64,000 nucleotides of DNA from Mobula hypostoma (Eukaryota): contig NC_086097.1 of assembly GCF_963921235.1 (NCBI RefSeq), positions 130,078,001 through 130,142,000 of the forward strand, read 5' to 3'. The notes under the pieces were generated by a model. It was not told the DNA's origin, did no database searches, and worked only from the letters and a program-made list of their open reading frames with translations. Positions 22,671-35,947 of this stretch are shown one piece after another (the first letter of the stretch is position 1; every line of letters starts with the position of its first letter). A program made the translations under genes and the position numbers.

Positions 22671-25070
22671 CATAGAAACGTAGAAACATAGAAAATAGGT
22701 GCAGGAGTAGGCCATTCAGCCCTTCGAGCCTGCACCGCCATTTATTATGATCATGGCTGATCATCCAACTCAGAAACCCACCCCAGCCTTCCCTCCATAC
22801 CCCCTGATCCCCGTAGCCACAAGGGCCATATCTAACTCCCTCTTAAATATAGCCAATGAACTGGCCTCAACTGTTTCCTGTGGCAGAGAATTCCACAGAT
22901 TCACCACTCTCTGTGTGAAGAAGTTTTTCCTAATCTCAGTCCTAAAAGGCTTCCCCTTTATCCTCAAACTGTGACCCCTTGTTCTGGACTTCCCCAACAT
23001 CGGGAACAATCTTCCTGCATCTAGCCTGTCCAATCCCTTTAGGATTTTATACGTTTCAATCAGATCCCCCCTCAATCTTCTAAATTCCAACGAGTACAAG
23101 CCCAGTTCATCCAGTCTTTCTTCATATGAAAGTCCTGCCATGCCAGGAATCAATCTGGTGAACCTTCTTTGTACTCCCTCTATGGCAAGGATGTCTTTCC
23201 TCAGATTAGGGGACCAAAACTGCACACAATACTCCAGGTGTGGTCTCACCAAGGCCTTGTACAACTGCAGTAGTACCTCCCTGCTCCTGTACTCGAATCT
23301 TCTCGCTATAAATGCCAGCATACCATTTGCCTTCTTCACCGCCTGCTGTACCTGCATGCCCACTTTCAATGACTGGTGTATAATGACACCCAGGTCTCGT
23401 TGCACCTCCCCTTTTCCTAATCGGCCACCATTCAGATAATAATCTGTTTTCCTATTTTTGCCACCAAAGTGGATAACTTCACATTTATCCACATTAAATT
23501 GCATCTGCCATGAATTTGCCCACTCACCCAACCTATCCAAGTCACTCTGCATCCTCTTAGCATCCTCCTCACAGCTAACACTGCCGCCCAGCTTCGTGTC
23601 ATCCGCAAACTTGGAGATGCTGCATTTAATTCCCTCATCCAAGTCATTAATATATATTGTAAACAACTGGGGTCCCAGCACTGAGCCTTGCGGTACCCCA
23701 CTAGTCACCGCCTGCCATTCTGAAAAGGTCCCGTTTATTCCCACTCTTTGCTTCCTGTTTGCTAACCAATTCTCCATCCACATCAATACCTTACCCCCAA
23801 TACCGTGTGCTTTAAGTTTGCACACTAATCTCCTGTGTGGGACCTTGTCAAAAGCCTTTTGAAAATCCAAATATACCACATCCACTGGTTCTCCCCTATC
23901 CACTCTACTGGTTACATCCTCAAAAAATTCTATGAGATTCGTCAGACATGATTTTCCTTTCACAAATCCATGCTGACTTTGTCTGATCATTTCACCGCTT
24001 TCCAAATGTGCTGTTATCACATCTTTGATAACTGACTCCAGCAGTTTCCCCACCACCGACGTTAGGCTAACTGGTCTATAATTCCCCGGTTTCTCTCTCC
24101 CTCCTTTTTTAAAAATTGGGGTTACATTAGCCACCCTCCAATCCTCAGGAACTAGTCCAAAATCTAACGAGTTTTGAAAAATTATCACTAATGCATCCAC
24201 TATTTCTTGGGCTACTTCCTTAAGCCCTCTAGGATACAGACCATCTGGCCCTGGGGATTTATCTGCCTTCAATCCCTTCAATTTAGCTAACACCACTTCC
24301 CTACTAACATGTATACCGCTCAGTTCCTCCATCTCACTGGACCCTCTGTCCCCTACTATTTCTGGAAGATTACTTATGTCCTCCTTGGTGAAGACAGAAC
24401 CAAAGTAATTATTCAATTGGTCTGCCATGTCCTTGCTCCCCATAATCAATTCACCTGTTTCTGTCTGTAGGGGACCTACATTTGTGTTTACCAGTCTTTT
24501 CCTTTTTACATATCTATAAAAGCTTTTACAGTCATTTTTTATGTTCCCTGCCAGTTTTCTCTTATAATCTTTTTTCCGCTTCCTAATTAAGCCCTTTGTC
24601 CTCCTCTGCTGAACTCTGAATTTCTCCCAGTCCTCAGGTGAGCCACTTTCTCTGGCTAATTTGTATGCTACTTCTTTGGAATTGATACTATCCCTAATTT
24701 CTCTTGTCAGCCACGGGTGCACTACCTTCCTTGATTTATTCTTTTGCCAAACTGGGATGAACAATTGTTGTAGTTCATCCATGCAACCTTTAAATGCTTG
24801 CCATTGCATACCCACCGTCAATCCTTTAAGTGTCATTTGCCAGTCTATCTTAGCTAATTCACGTCTCATACCTTCAAAGTACCCCTGTTTAAGTTCAGAA
24901 CCTTTGTTTCTGCATTAACTATGTCACTCTCCATCTTAATGAAGAATTCCACCATATTATGGTCACTCTTACCCAAGGGGCCTCTCACGACAAGATTGCT
25001 AATTAACCCTTCCTCATTGCTCAAAACCCAGTCCAGAATAGCCTGCTCTCTGGTTGGTTCCTCGACATGT
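22671..25070 (-). mobile_element. Young CR1 LINE, 5'-truncated, with open 699-aa ORF2 (RT) at 22770-24869
   Basis: KSPGPDG, NYRPVSLTSVVGK, QHGF, LDFQKAFDKVPH, GVPQGSVLGPQLF, KFADDTK; (TTTCTATG)n tail; one frameshift near 24880 separates the endonuclease end (GKSDHN). Confidence 0.96.
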
Positions 25071-25126
25071 AGATCAATCAATCAATTATAGTTAATCAAT
25101 CAATTGGGATATTTGTGTACGATATT

Positions 25127-26564
25127 TGAAAAGCCTCATCCTGAGAGCAGATGCGGCGGAGACGGAGGAATTGCGAGAAGGGGATGACGTTTTTGCAAGA
25201 GACAGGGTGAGAAGAGGAATAGTCCAGATAGCTGTGAGAGTCAGTTTCTAGATCTTTCTGTCTCTGTCTCTGGAGACAGCTTATCCACTGATATCTACTA
25301 TAAGCCTACTGACTCTCACAGCTATCTGGACTATTCCTCTTCTCACCCTGTCTCTTGCAAAAACGCCATCCCCTTCTCGCAATTCCTCCGTCTCCGCCGC
25401 ATCTGCTCTCAGGATGAGGCTTTTCATTCTAGGACGAGGGAGATGTCTTCATTTTTTAAAGAAAGGGGCTTCCCTTCCTCCACTATCAACTCTGCTCTTA
25501 AACGCATCTCCTCCATTTCACGTACATCTGCTCTCACTCCATCCTCCCACCACCCCACTAGGAATAGGGTTCCCCTGGTCCTCACCTACCACCCCACCAG
25601 CCTCCAGGTCCAACATATTATTCTCCGTAACTTCCGCCACCTCCAACAAGCACATCTTTCCCTCCCCCCCTCTCTCTGCATTCCGCAGGGATCGCTCCCT
25701 ACACAACTCCCTTGTCCATTCGTCCCCCCCATCCCTCCCCACTGATCTCCCTCCTGGCACTTATCCGTGTAAGCGGAACAAGTGCTACACATGCCCTTAC
25801 ACTTCCTCCCTTACCACCATTCAGGGCCCCAAACAGTCCTTCTAGGTGAGGCATCACTTCACCTGTGAGTCGACTGGGGTGATATACTGCGTCCGGTGCT
25901 CCCGATGTGGCCTTTTATATATTGGTGAGACCCGACGCAGACTGGGAGACCGCTTTGCTGAACATCTACGCTCTGTCCGCCAGAGAAAGCAGGATCTCCC
26001 AGTGGCCACACATTTTAATTCCACATCCCATTCCCATTCTGACATGTCTATCCACGGCCTCCTCTACTGTAAAGATGAAGCCACACTCAGGTTGGAGGAA
26101 CAACACCTTATATTCCGTCTGGGTAGCCTCCAACCTGATGGCATGAACATTGACTTCTCTAACTTCCGCTAGGCCCCACCTCCCCCTCGTACCCCAGCTG
26201 TTACTCATTTTTATGCACACATTCTTTCTCTCACTCTCCTTTTTCTCCCTCTGTCCCTCTGAATATACCTCTTGCCCATCCTCTGGGTCGCCCCCCCCCC
26301 CGTCTTTCTCCCTAGGCCTCCTGTCCCATGATCCTCTCGTATCCCCTTTTGCCTATCACCTGTCCAGCTCTCGGCTCTATCCCTCCCCCTCCTGTCTTCT
26401 CCTATCATTTTGCATCTCCCCCTCCCCCTCCAGCTTTCAAATCCCTTACTCACTCTTCCTTCAGTTAGTCCTGACGAAGGGTCTCGGCCTGAAACGTCGA
26501 CTGCGCCTCTTCCTATAGATGCTGCTTGGCCTGCTGTGTTCACCAGCAACTTTGATGTATGTTG
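25127..26564 (+). mobile_element. Penelope-like element (Neptune-like), 5'-truncated: RT thumb, GIY-YIG endonuclease, 3' pseudo-LTR
   Basis: TDIYYKPTDSHSYLDYSSSHP..KNAIPFSQFLRLRRICS; Cys linker PCKRNKCYTC; GVIYCVRCSRCGLLYIGETRRRLGDRFAEH. One stop (25843) and one small frameshifting deletion; 119-bp inverted duplication at the 5' end. Confidence 0.93.
26467..26502 (+). ncRNA. Minimal type I hammerhead ribozyme motif in the PLE pseudo-LTR
   Basis: AGTC CTGACGA AGG GTCTCGG CCT GAAAC GTC^GACT; identical to the motif at 14980-15015; predicted cleavage after 26498. Confidence 0.82.
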
Positions 26565-26569
26565 GGGCA

Positions 26570-29500
26570 AAAATGAGAGTGGCTTATACTAAACACAGAG
26601 GTGAGAATCAAATGGAGAAAGGTCACATAGACATGGAGATCATGTGTGGAGACTACATTGAGTGTGCTCACGGATGAGCGTGAAGCTGAGGCTGCCTCAG
26701 CAGAGGCAGAAATGTATGAAGCAGCAGATGGCTCAGTGATGAGTCTACAACCAGAATTGGTCATGCTTTGCAGTCACAACACCAATGCAACTTACTAAAG
26801 AATATGTCCAAACACATTTTGGCTATATAAAACACAAGAAGAAGCTGCCGCACCACGCAGCCAACATGCCTTTCACATCATCCAGTTATGGACAGTCTAC
26901 AGCAGCAAAGACCCACAGCACCTGCTTCTGTAGTGCCACCACAGCAAAAATTTCAGTCAAGAGTTGTTACTGATACCAATTCCATCTGCAGAGACATGGA
27001 CAGACTGAACTTCCATCCAGCCCTGGGCACACATTTAGCAAACCAGTATCCATAATGCCTTCATTCAGGAGCCACAGGTGCATTAGATTTGGCTTGGTAT
27101 TTGGGTTATCGAAACTTAGTCGCAGCAGGACTAAAAGAGTTTGACGACCAGTCTGCCAGTTATTTATCCTAGAAGTCAAGCTTTTGCAATGCCATGGAAG
27201 GACCAAGTCTCAAACCTAGAGAAGAGCTAGATCTTCTCTGTAACTGGTTTGGTGAGGTGTCACTGCAACATGCAAGTAGAGTTAAAAAAGTGCACATTAA
27301 TACCCTAGTTAAAGGTTTACAAATGCTGTGTCAGTGGCTGGACAAATCCTATGGCTCTCCAGAGGCAATCAAACAATCTCTATTCAGCAGACTCACGAAT
27401 TTTCCAAAGCTCTCACACCAAGAACCACAGAAGCTACTGGAGCTTGCAGATCTGTTGTCAGAACTACAAGCCACAAAACATGAGGATTACCTACTAGGAC
27501 TGAGATTCTTGGATACAGCAATATGGATAAACCCCAGAGTGGGAATACCAAACAATTGCAGGAACAAGGGATTACTTCAGGGTTCAAGTACAAAAACGAA
27601 GCATCAAGTCTCCTTTCCACCATTTTAATTTTTAGTGGAATTCATCTGCTACCATGCAGAAATGTAAAATAACCCTAGTTTTATGCTCTCAACTTCCAGT
27701 AATACGTCATTCAAAGAAAGGTCTCCAGCAAAAGCATGGAAAACCAGAACCCCTATCATGATCAGAAAAATCTGAAGTGGAGAACTCTTATTGTGAACCC
27801 CAATAGTCAAAGCTTGGTCCATAAGAAACCTCACCTCTTAAGGAAATGCACAGGATTCTGAGGAAAAAATCTCATGCAGACCAGAGGTGCTTTCTAAAGG
27901 AGTACTCAATGTGTTACAAATGTTGTGCTTCAACAGAGCAAAAGATTGTAAAGCTATCATACATTGAGTGCAACAGTGTCTAGCACATATCAGCATTTCA
28001 TTCAGGACCAGCATCTTCCGCTACAGCTGGTTCCAACACATCCGCAGCAGAGCACGGCTGGGAGCCAGCTGATCATGTCTCAGATGTCGCTGCTTCCTCA
28101 TGCACAGAGGTATACTGGAAAGGCTTCCAAGGAAAATCCTGTTCGAAAATATGTTTGGCCGACACCTATCTGAAAGGACATCCTGAGCAAAATATAAAGA
28201 CATATGTGGTATTGGCTGATCACAGCAATGTGTCATTGGCAAAGTCAACATTCTGTGATACATTCAGCATTCAAAGTTCTGTTTCTCCATACACTTTGAA
28301 GACATGTTCTGGAACATCAGAAGATGCTGGAAGAGCCGGCGAATTTGTCACAACGTCACAAGGACGGGAGACCTTCTTACCCTTGCTAACCCTCATTGAG
28401 TGTGACCATATTCCCAACCAAAGGGATGAAATCTCAATTCCTGAAGTTGCACACAGTTGTCCATGTCTTAAAGCCATAGCTGCCAAGATTCCACAAACCA
28501 ACCACACCACCATTTGACTCTTCTGCTGTAATTTTCCTGTTGCCTAGCAGAGACTCCATCCGTGCATACAAGGTACATGAACAGTGCAAGATGTGAACAA
28601 CCACGTGCAGATTCAGGAGTTAGGATTTTATCCCTGTCGTTGGCAATATAGTCGCACTCACGAGGGTTATCAAGAATAAGCAGACCTTCCCTCCTATTGA
28701 CTCCATGACATGTCCACTGGCTCTTCTTCTAGCTACTTGCGATATTCCAGACCATCTCTCTAGAGTGACTGGACTGGGTTGGGTCATAGCACATTTAAGA
28801 ATAATGTCCAGGAGAAGGAGCACCCAAGTCATTTCAGACTCTGTGAGAGTAGAATCCATATGAGAGAGAAGATTATAGGTAAGGAAACAAATCACCCTGC
28901 TCAATCAGATTTAGGCAAGCTTCTGATCTTATGTCACTCAGGAGATGATTTCAGCTGGCACCTTCCATCGAAGGTGAGGTCTTCCTCCAAATCATGAAAA
29001 GGAGTTTAGCAAAGACGAGTCAAACAGTTAGGCAGCTCCCCTTCCTGCTCTCCATGACAACTCCTACCAAACAACAGAAAGCAGGCTCTTAGTCACCTCA
29101 TGTCTCTCACATTGAGAAGGAAACCAGAAATAAAAGAGCATTACGCATGTTAATGGAGAGACTCGTAAGGAACAATCATGCTGAGTGTGTGCCTCCACCA
29201 GATCCTAGCAAAGAAAATTTTTTTTTTTTTGCCCAACTTGGGCATTTATTACCCCCAGAGACCTGCACAAGATTAGGAGTATTTTGGTATTTCATGTATT
29301 TTGGTTCCTCGCCAGTTGTGCAATCTATGGCCTTAAGAGGACAGCTAAGAGTTCAAACTGAAGCACAGAGGTACATGGAAAGGCATTTCTCTGCTGATGA
29401 TGATCTTAAGTCATTTTCTAGTGCAGAAGCAGTACAAGATATGTTAGCACAGTCTAACCTCAGACTGCATAAGATTGCATCCAGCAGTACTGAGGTCATA

Positions 29501-30340
29501 CAACATCTCCATCTGAAGATCTGGCCAAAATTCAACAGAATCTTGATCACAGACAGGAACTCCCTCCTGTGTAGTGTTGTCTGGGCCTTGGATGGGACTT
29601 CATTATTATCACCCTCACTTTCCAGGTCACTGGTATCAAAAGACCCTTTACATGTTGTGGCATGTTATCAGCTATCAATAGCCCATTTGACTGTCTAGGA
29701 TTTGCTGCTCCAGTCAGTATCCAGGGACGCTTCATGTTTAGAGACACTAGTAGACGGGATGTCCCACTCCCAAAAGCAAAACATGAACAGTGGTAGCAGT
29801 GGTCTTCTTCCCTTCAGCATCTTAAAGGTTTGAAGATTCGAAGGTGGTACACAATAATTCCACTATCTACAACTCAAAAGAAAGAGGTCTGCATCTTCTG
29901 TGATGTGTCGACTAAAGCTACTACTGCTGTTGTATACCTGAACATGACAGTTGCTGCTGGATATAGTGAAGTTGGATTCATCCTGGCCAAGGCAAAGATT
30001 GCTTCCAAACCAGATCTGAGTTCAAGGCTTGAACTCAGCACAGCTGTTCTAGCAGCTGAGATGGCAGAGGTAATAATCAAAGGGTTGGACATGGAGCTAG
30101 ATGATATCGAGTTCCTACCAACAACAAAGTTATTCTATATTTAATGAAACAAAGAGATTCCATGTTTAGGTACATAATAGGATCCAATGTATCAGCTGAG
30201 ATCAGAACTCAGAAATGCCAATGAAACTGTGTTTCTATTACTCTCAACCCAGAAGACCATGCCACAAGTGGGCTCTCAGCTAATCAGCTTACCCTCTCCT
30301 CATGGTCATCTGGCCCAGCATTTCTTACTGATCACCACCA
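26570..30340 (+). mobile_element. Decayed BEL/Pao LTR retrotransposon internal region (gag, protease, partial RT, RNase H)
   Basis: Gag EELDLLCNWFG...YGSPEAIKQSLFSRLTNFPK; protease YVVLADHSNVSLA; RT HFSADDDLKS..LRLHKIAS; RNase H/A17 CIFCDVSTKATTAVVYL..GFILAKAKIA..RLELSTAVLA. No integrase or clear LTRs seen. Confidence 0.85.
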
Positions 30341-31829
30341 GGAACATTATCAAAGTCACTATTTTTGATGTGAGAACAGTTAAAGACTGTCTAGTAAGAC
30401 TGCCCTTTTGCCATGGACTAAATGAAATTATCATTTGACTTCTAGCTTAAGTAGTTAAGTTTGACATAGTATTCCTGCCAGGCAGGAAGGCTTCGAGCCT
30501 CTGGAGGTGCAGTTCATTTTGTAGGAACATCACTTCTTATACATAAGCTGCTTTTTTTAAAAATATCATTTCCTGTGAGGGTTAATTTGGATTTTGTCTT
30601 GAAGCACACAGTGGAAAGACATTTATCTCCATCCTCTCTTTATTTGCCCTTGAAATAGCAATATCTGTGAGCTTTGTTAATATTGCTAACACTTAGTTGA
30701 TGCGTTTTGAAGAAATATTATATTTATTGTTTATCATTATCAGGATGTCGTTGTGCCATGAGTTTACTCATATTTATGTTTGTACATGGCATAGTTACAG
30801 AGTGTTGTGTGTGTGTACTATCTTGGTTAACACCAATTGCGAGAATAATCAACAGCATTAGTATATGCAAGCACGTGACAATTCAGAATCAACTTTAAAA
30901 TTATTTTACTTAATGCTCTGCAGTTTCACAAGTAAGATCTCATTAAAAATCCTGAAGAAAACTTCCATCTCAGGTGATTTTTGAGGAGCTGTTTAACTCA
31001 CTGCAAAGCTTCGCATATCCGCACTGTGAGGACAGCAGAATCTACCTCTGAGGGGAAAAAATTCCCCCCGTCTTCAATGGGTGACCTCTTGTTCTAAAGT
31101 TGGATGACATACACCTCAGTACTTATAACAATAATAAACCAATTCTAGATTCCCCAAAGAGGATAAATGTTCCCTTAGTGTCAGGTTTGGCAAGCATCTC
31201 AGGATTTGCTTTTCAGCAAAATCATCTACTCAGGCAGAAACATAGACATGAGCCATAGCACAAGTACCATAATAAGTTAAGTAGCAAATCAGGAACTGTG
31301 GGTCAAGCAGCAGTTGGCTTTTTAGGTTGGGACCCTTCATCTGGACTTTGAGATAGTGTGATCATGATTTTACAGTGGATAGCAATGAGGTATTTTATTT
31401 TATTTCCAAATAACTTCATTTCTAGTATTGCATATAAAGTTACAATCTTCAAATGCTGAAGAAATTTATTCGTCATCCAGACAATTAAAGTATATTTTAG
31501 GGCTATGATTCATTTCTGTCTTGCTTCTCAAACGATGACATGACACAGCTCACAATCATTTTAAGCATCTAGCTGATGCTGCTAATTATAATCATTGTCA
31601 AGTCAGGCACTCACAGTATTCCACAAGAATGAATCCAACAGCTTAAAGATAATGTAGGCAAAATGTGCGATTCCTGGAATATTTTTCCACGCATCTTGGA
31701 CCATTGAAGACTTTTTTTTTTGTCTGCTTCCATTAAAATGAAAAGCTCATAATCTAGGATAGGGCGAACTGTGCTGGCGGCCAAGGCAGGGCAGCACGGG
31801 GTGAGACTGGATAACAAACATTACGAGAG

Positions 31830-32150
31830 AATTATGCCATTCAGCCCACTTAGTTAACTCCACTATTCAATATAGATGATTTTTTTTTTCCAACCCCATT
31901 CTCCTACTTTCTCCCTGTAACCATTATCCCCCTTTTATCAATGAAGAACCTATCACCTTTTAATTTAAATACACCCAGTGCCTCTGCCTCCACTACCCTC
32001 TGTGGCAAACAAATTCCACAGAATCACCACCCTCTGGCTGAAGAAATTTCTCCTCAAATCAATCTTAAAGGGGTGCCTTTATTATCTAAGGTTGTGGCCT
32101 TGGATTCTAGACCCTCCTACTAATGGATATATCCTCTCTGTATCCATTTT
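31830..32150 (-). mobile_element. CR1 3' fragment
   Basis: gcctccactaccctctgtggcaaacaaattccacagaatcaccaccctctggctgaagaaattt is the reverse of FFSQRVVILWNLLPQ. Confidence 0.75.
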
Positions 32151-34847
32151 CTAACACACTCAAGGAATGGCAAAATACAAAAACTTAATCCAACAAAAAT
32201 CATTCTTGTAATCAATAGTAGTTGAAGTTGTAATCTATAAATGTACTAGGCTGCTGCAAATGGAAGTACATTAGGCCTACACCAATTTTGATGAAGAATG
32301 AAACTATTTATTTGTCACATATGCATATACATCAATGTTGCAAACAAAATATTGTAATGCATTCAAGTGGTCTATGTCCTAAGTTAGAGTAGAGTTTCAC
32401 ACAACCAACAGGAACATTTATTCTGGGCCAGAATTTGTAATTATTGCCTGTGCAGTTATTCGCATGTTAACTACCCAGTAACTAGCAGTGAGAGGCTAAG
32501 AGGTCCTCAGGAGATGCAAATCCGCTGTACATCTCCACGTTTAAGCTTGATTAAGATCAGGAGCTCCTTGTCAGACTTCATTATGAGTTTCAAGAAATCA
32601 CTGCACCATCACAACAGCGGGAATAAAACTCTACAGTCTGTCAGGGCTGGAACTTAATGGTGTGAGGACTGGGTTAATAAAAAGATTTATATTCCCTCGA
32701 TAGCACTCCACCTCATTTGGCCTAATAGGAAACATCACTGCTACAGATAGTAAATTAATAGAACATAGAAATGTATAGTACAGAAACAGCCTTTGGCCCA
32801 CAATGTTTGTGCAATTTTAACTAATCCCCTCTGCACATGGTCCAAACATTGCTCCCAGGTTTATAATGTCGAACACGGTATAAACCAGAATTTGCTGTCA
32901 ATGAACATAGGGGTGTATACCTGGCGCAACACCCCCAGTGGGACTAGCAACTGATCTGACTTGCAACATGCAGCGAGGCCTTGAAGTTGACAATATTTTT
33001 AACAATGTAGCCAGTTCAAATCCAGGGAGCGAGGGTGATGGAAGATATAACCCCAACCCATAAAAGAATTGAAAAATCTAACAGCTATGCCAGAGGGCCT
33101 GATTCATGCTCCCTTGACATAACTGTCTGTCATTTCCGGTTTTATTTATAAATACGTTTCTCAGAAAATTATTTATAAGTAAAACCAGAAACATTACAAC
33201 TAGTTTAAAATCTACAAGCTTAATGTTATAAACAGATGGAGAGGAGATAATTGGGTTATTCCTGGGCTATCTGGCTAGGTGACCACACAGCTCCAATTGA
33301 CCAAGAATAAACATGCGATAATATTACACTCACTGCACTTTTCTTCAGAAATTATTCCACTTTTGTCAGGAGAGGCTGCTGTAGATTTTGATTCTTTTCC
33401 TCTTTAAATATTTATCTTTTGAGTAACCAGACTTTCTTTGTTGTGCAGTAAACTTATTTGAAACTCTGTTAGATTTCAACCTACTTTTAACTCATTGATT
33501 TGTCAACAGATACGAAAATGGCAGAAGAAAAGTCTTACTGAAGTCACATATCATGTCTATGTGAAGGCATGAGATCCATGCTGTCACATGCTCTCTTTGG
33601 TCATGATTGACAGAAGATAATAATTTTAACAATATTTTGAGATACACCACAACTTAGAATTGATTAGTCGAGGTCTTCTGGCTTCGTCTCCTATGCTAGT
33701 TAGGCTTATCGGGTTTTGAGAACCATAAGCAGAACTACACAAAAATAATGGACTGAGAAACAAATAGGAATCTGCACAAAAAAAGTCTTTAACTAATAAG
33801 AACAGGTATCTCATTGCTTGAATTACTGAGTAAAATGATACCCAGACTGAGATTTTATCTATCAATAACTCTGCATCCAGGAGACTGCTGAAAAGATGCT
33901 GATGTCTGTAATCGTTTGAGTTATCACCCCCAGCCTCTGTCACTTCTTCCACTCTTCCCTTCTCTAACTGCCTATCAATTCCTCTTCACCTGGATCTTCC
34001 TACCCCTTGATCACCCTTTCCTTCCAACCCTTCTTCCACCCCCCCCAACTTCTTTATATTGCCCATCGCCCAGGTGAAGAGTCTTGATACAAACATCTAT
34101 TTCCCTCCACAGATGTTGCCTCTCCTGCTGAACTCCCTGCAACTGAGCATCCAGTTTCACTTACTAATAAGTTCATATTATCTCTCTGGAAGAACAGACC
34201 TCCTTTGCAGGCTGAGTGTAGCCAAAGTCAAATTCTTAGGCACTGCCATTTAAGTACAAATTTTAAAATTCAGGAGGCATGGTAAAAATAGTAGCTTTAA
34301 CAACTCAAAGGCCAAACTATGATGAAGGATTGGTTTTAACCTCTAACCTGGTCAACAGCAGATCAAATGAAATTGGAATAAGAGAGCTGACCTGACTTCC
34401 ATTAATTTGACTTAAATCATACTTATAAAAGATGGCCTATTGTTCGTGCCAGTTTCCATTTCCCCGCTCTATTTCCCTATACCCCTGCAACTTGGTTTCT
34501 TGCATGTCCGTCAATTTCAATCTTGAGTCTTTTTGCCATTGGCCTAAATGAATGGTAATTTCCCTACCAATTCAACTACCGGCAGACCTATAGGATGCGG
34601 GACTGATCTGGTGTGTCACAGAAAGAACGCACAGCCCACACACAGACAGGACCTGAGGACCGGATCAAACACAGGTCCCTGGAACTGTGTGGAAACAGCA
34701 CAACTGCTGCACCATTGCGCTGCCTTTCAGGGAAACTTCTCTGTGTCTACTGCCTTTTTGTTCCTTCGAGAGGCTAAAATCTACCATCAAGTTTTGTCAT
34801 CTAGTTTATTATTTTCTTATACTGATTGGTATCAATGTTTTAATTAA

Positions 34848-35043
34848 GAAGCAATACACACAAAATGCTGGAGGAACTCAGCAGGCCAGGCAGCATCTAT
34901 GGAAAAGAGTAAACTGTAAAAGTCTCTGTCCAAAATGTCAACTGTTTGCTGTTTTCCATCAATGCAGCCTGACCTGCTGAGTTCCTCCAGCACTTTGTGT
35001 GTGTTGCTTTGGATTTCCAGCATCTGCAAATTTTCTGGTGTTT
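34848..35043. mobile_element. Older fold-back PLE terminal insertion (imperfect hairpin plus tail)
   Basis: aagcaatacacacaaaatgctggaggaactcagcagg... mirrored by ...cctgctgagttcctccagcactttgtgtgtgttgctt, then tail ggatttccagcatctgca. Confidence 0.75.
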
Positions 35044-35947
35044 GAGAATTCTCCTGTCAAGCAACTTGGAATCATTTTGGCAGTTTTAAGGGGAGAGGAA
35101 AAATTAAAGGGGATCTGAAGGCAAGTTTAGTTTTTTTTATATTAACACACTGAAAATGATTGATACCTGGAAGAATCAGATACCTTTAAGAGACCTTTAG
35201 ACAGACCTGTAAAAAGGCCACAGAAGGATATGCATGCAGATGGGAATAGAACAGATGCACAAACAGAATGGTACAAACATAAACACAACATACTATGCAG
35301 ATGCTGGGTCTCACAACACGCTGGAAGAACTCAGCAGGTCAGGCAGCATCCGTGGAAAGGATCGGTCGACGTTTCGGGCCGGAACCCTGGTACAAACATG
35401 ATGGCAAAGGGGTCCATTTCTGTTCTGTACAACTCTAGGACTTCATTAAAGAATCTATATAAGTTATGTGACCAGGTTTTCATCATCTACATACCATTAA
35501 CAAGTGCCCTCTTGGCAATGAAATCTGCCTTTCTCAACTTAATTTGACAGTTTTAACTGACCTTATTTCAAATTCAATCCAAGGCAGTTCAAGAAGATTT
35601 GTGAATGAGAGATAAATCCCGACTTGTCCATAACCCATGCATCACCTTGGTTAAAAAGGCAAAGGTGAATTTGACCAAAATAAAAATGATCACAAAGTCA
35701 AGACCAGTTTTCTTCTACTTGTCCAATACAGGCTGCATTTATTCAGCTACTCTACAACATGTCAACTCCATTACAGAGGCAGATAAGTAACAACAAATTA
35801 AGACTTACAAGCTTTCACAGTTATTCATTTCAGCAGAGTACGATCCCACTCACTTTATTTGAGCTATTAAAAATATATCCAGTTTTATGTTACTATTTAA
35901 ATAAAACGATATTCTAAGTATTGAACTTCTCTGTGATTAAGTTACAA

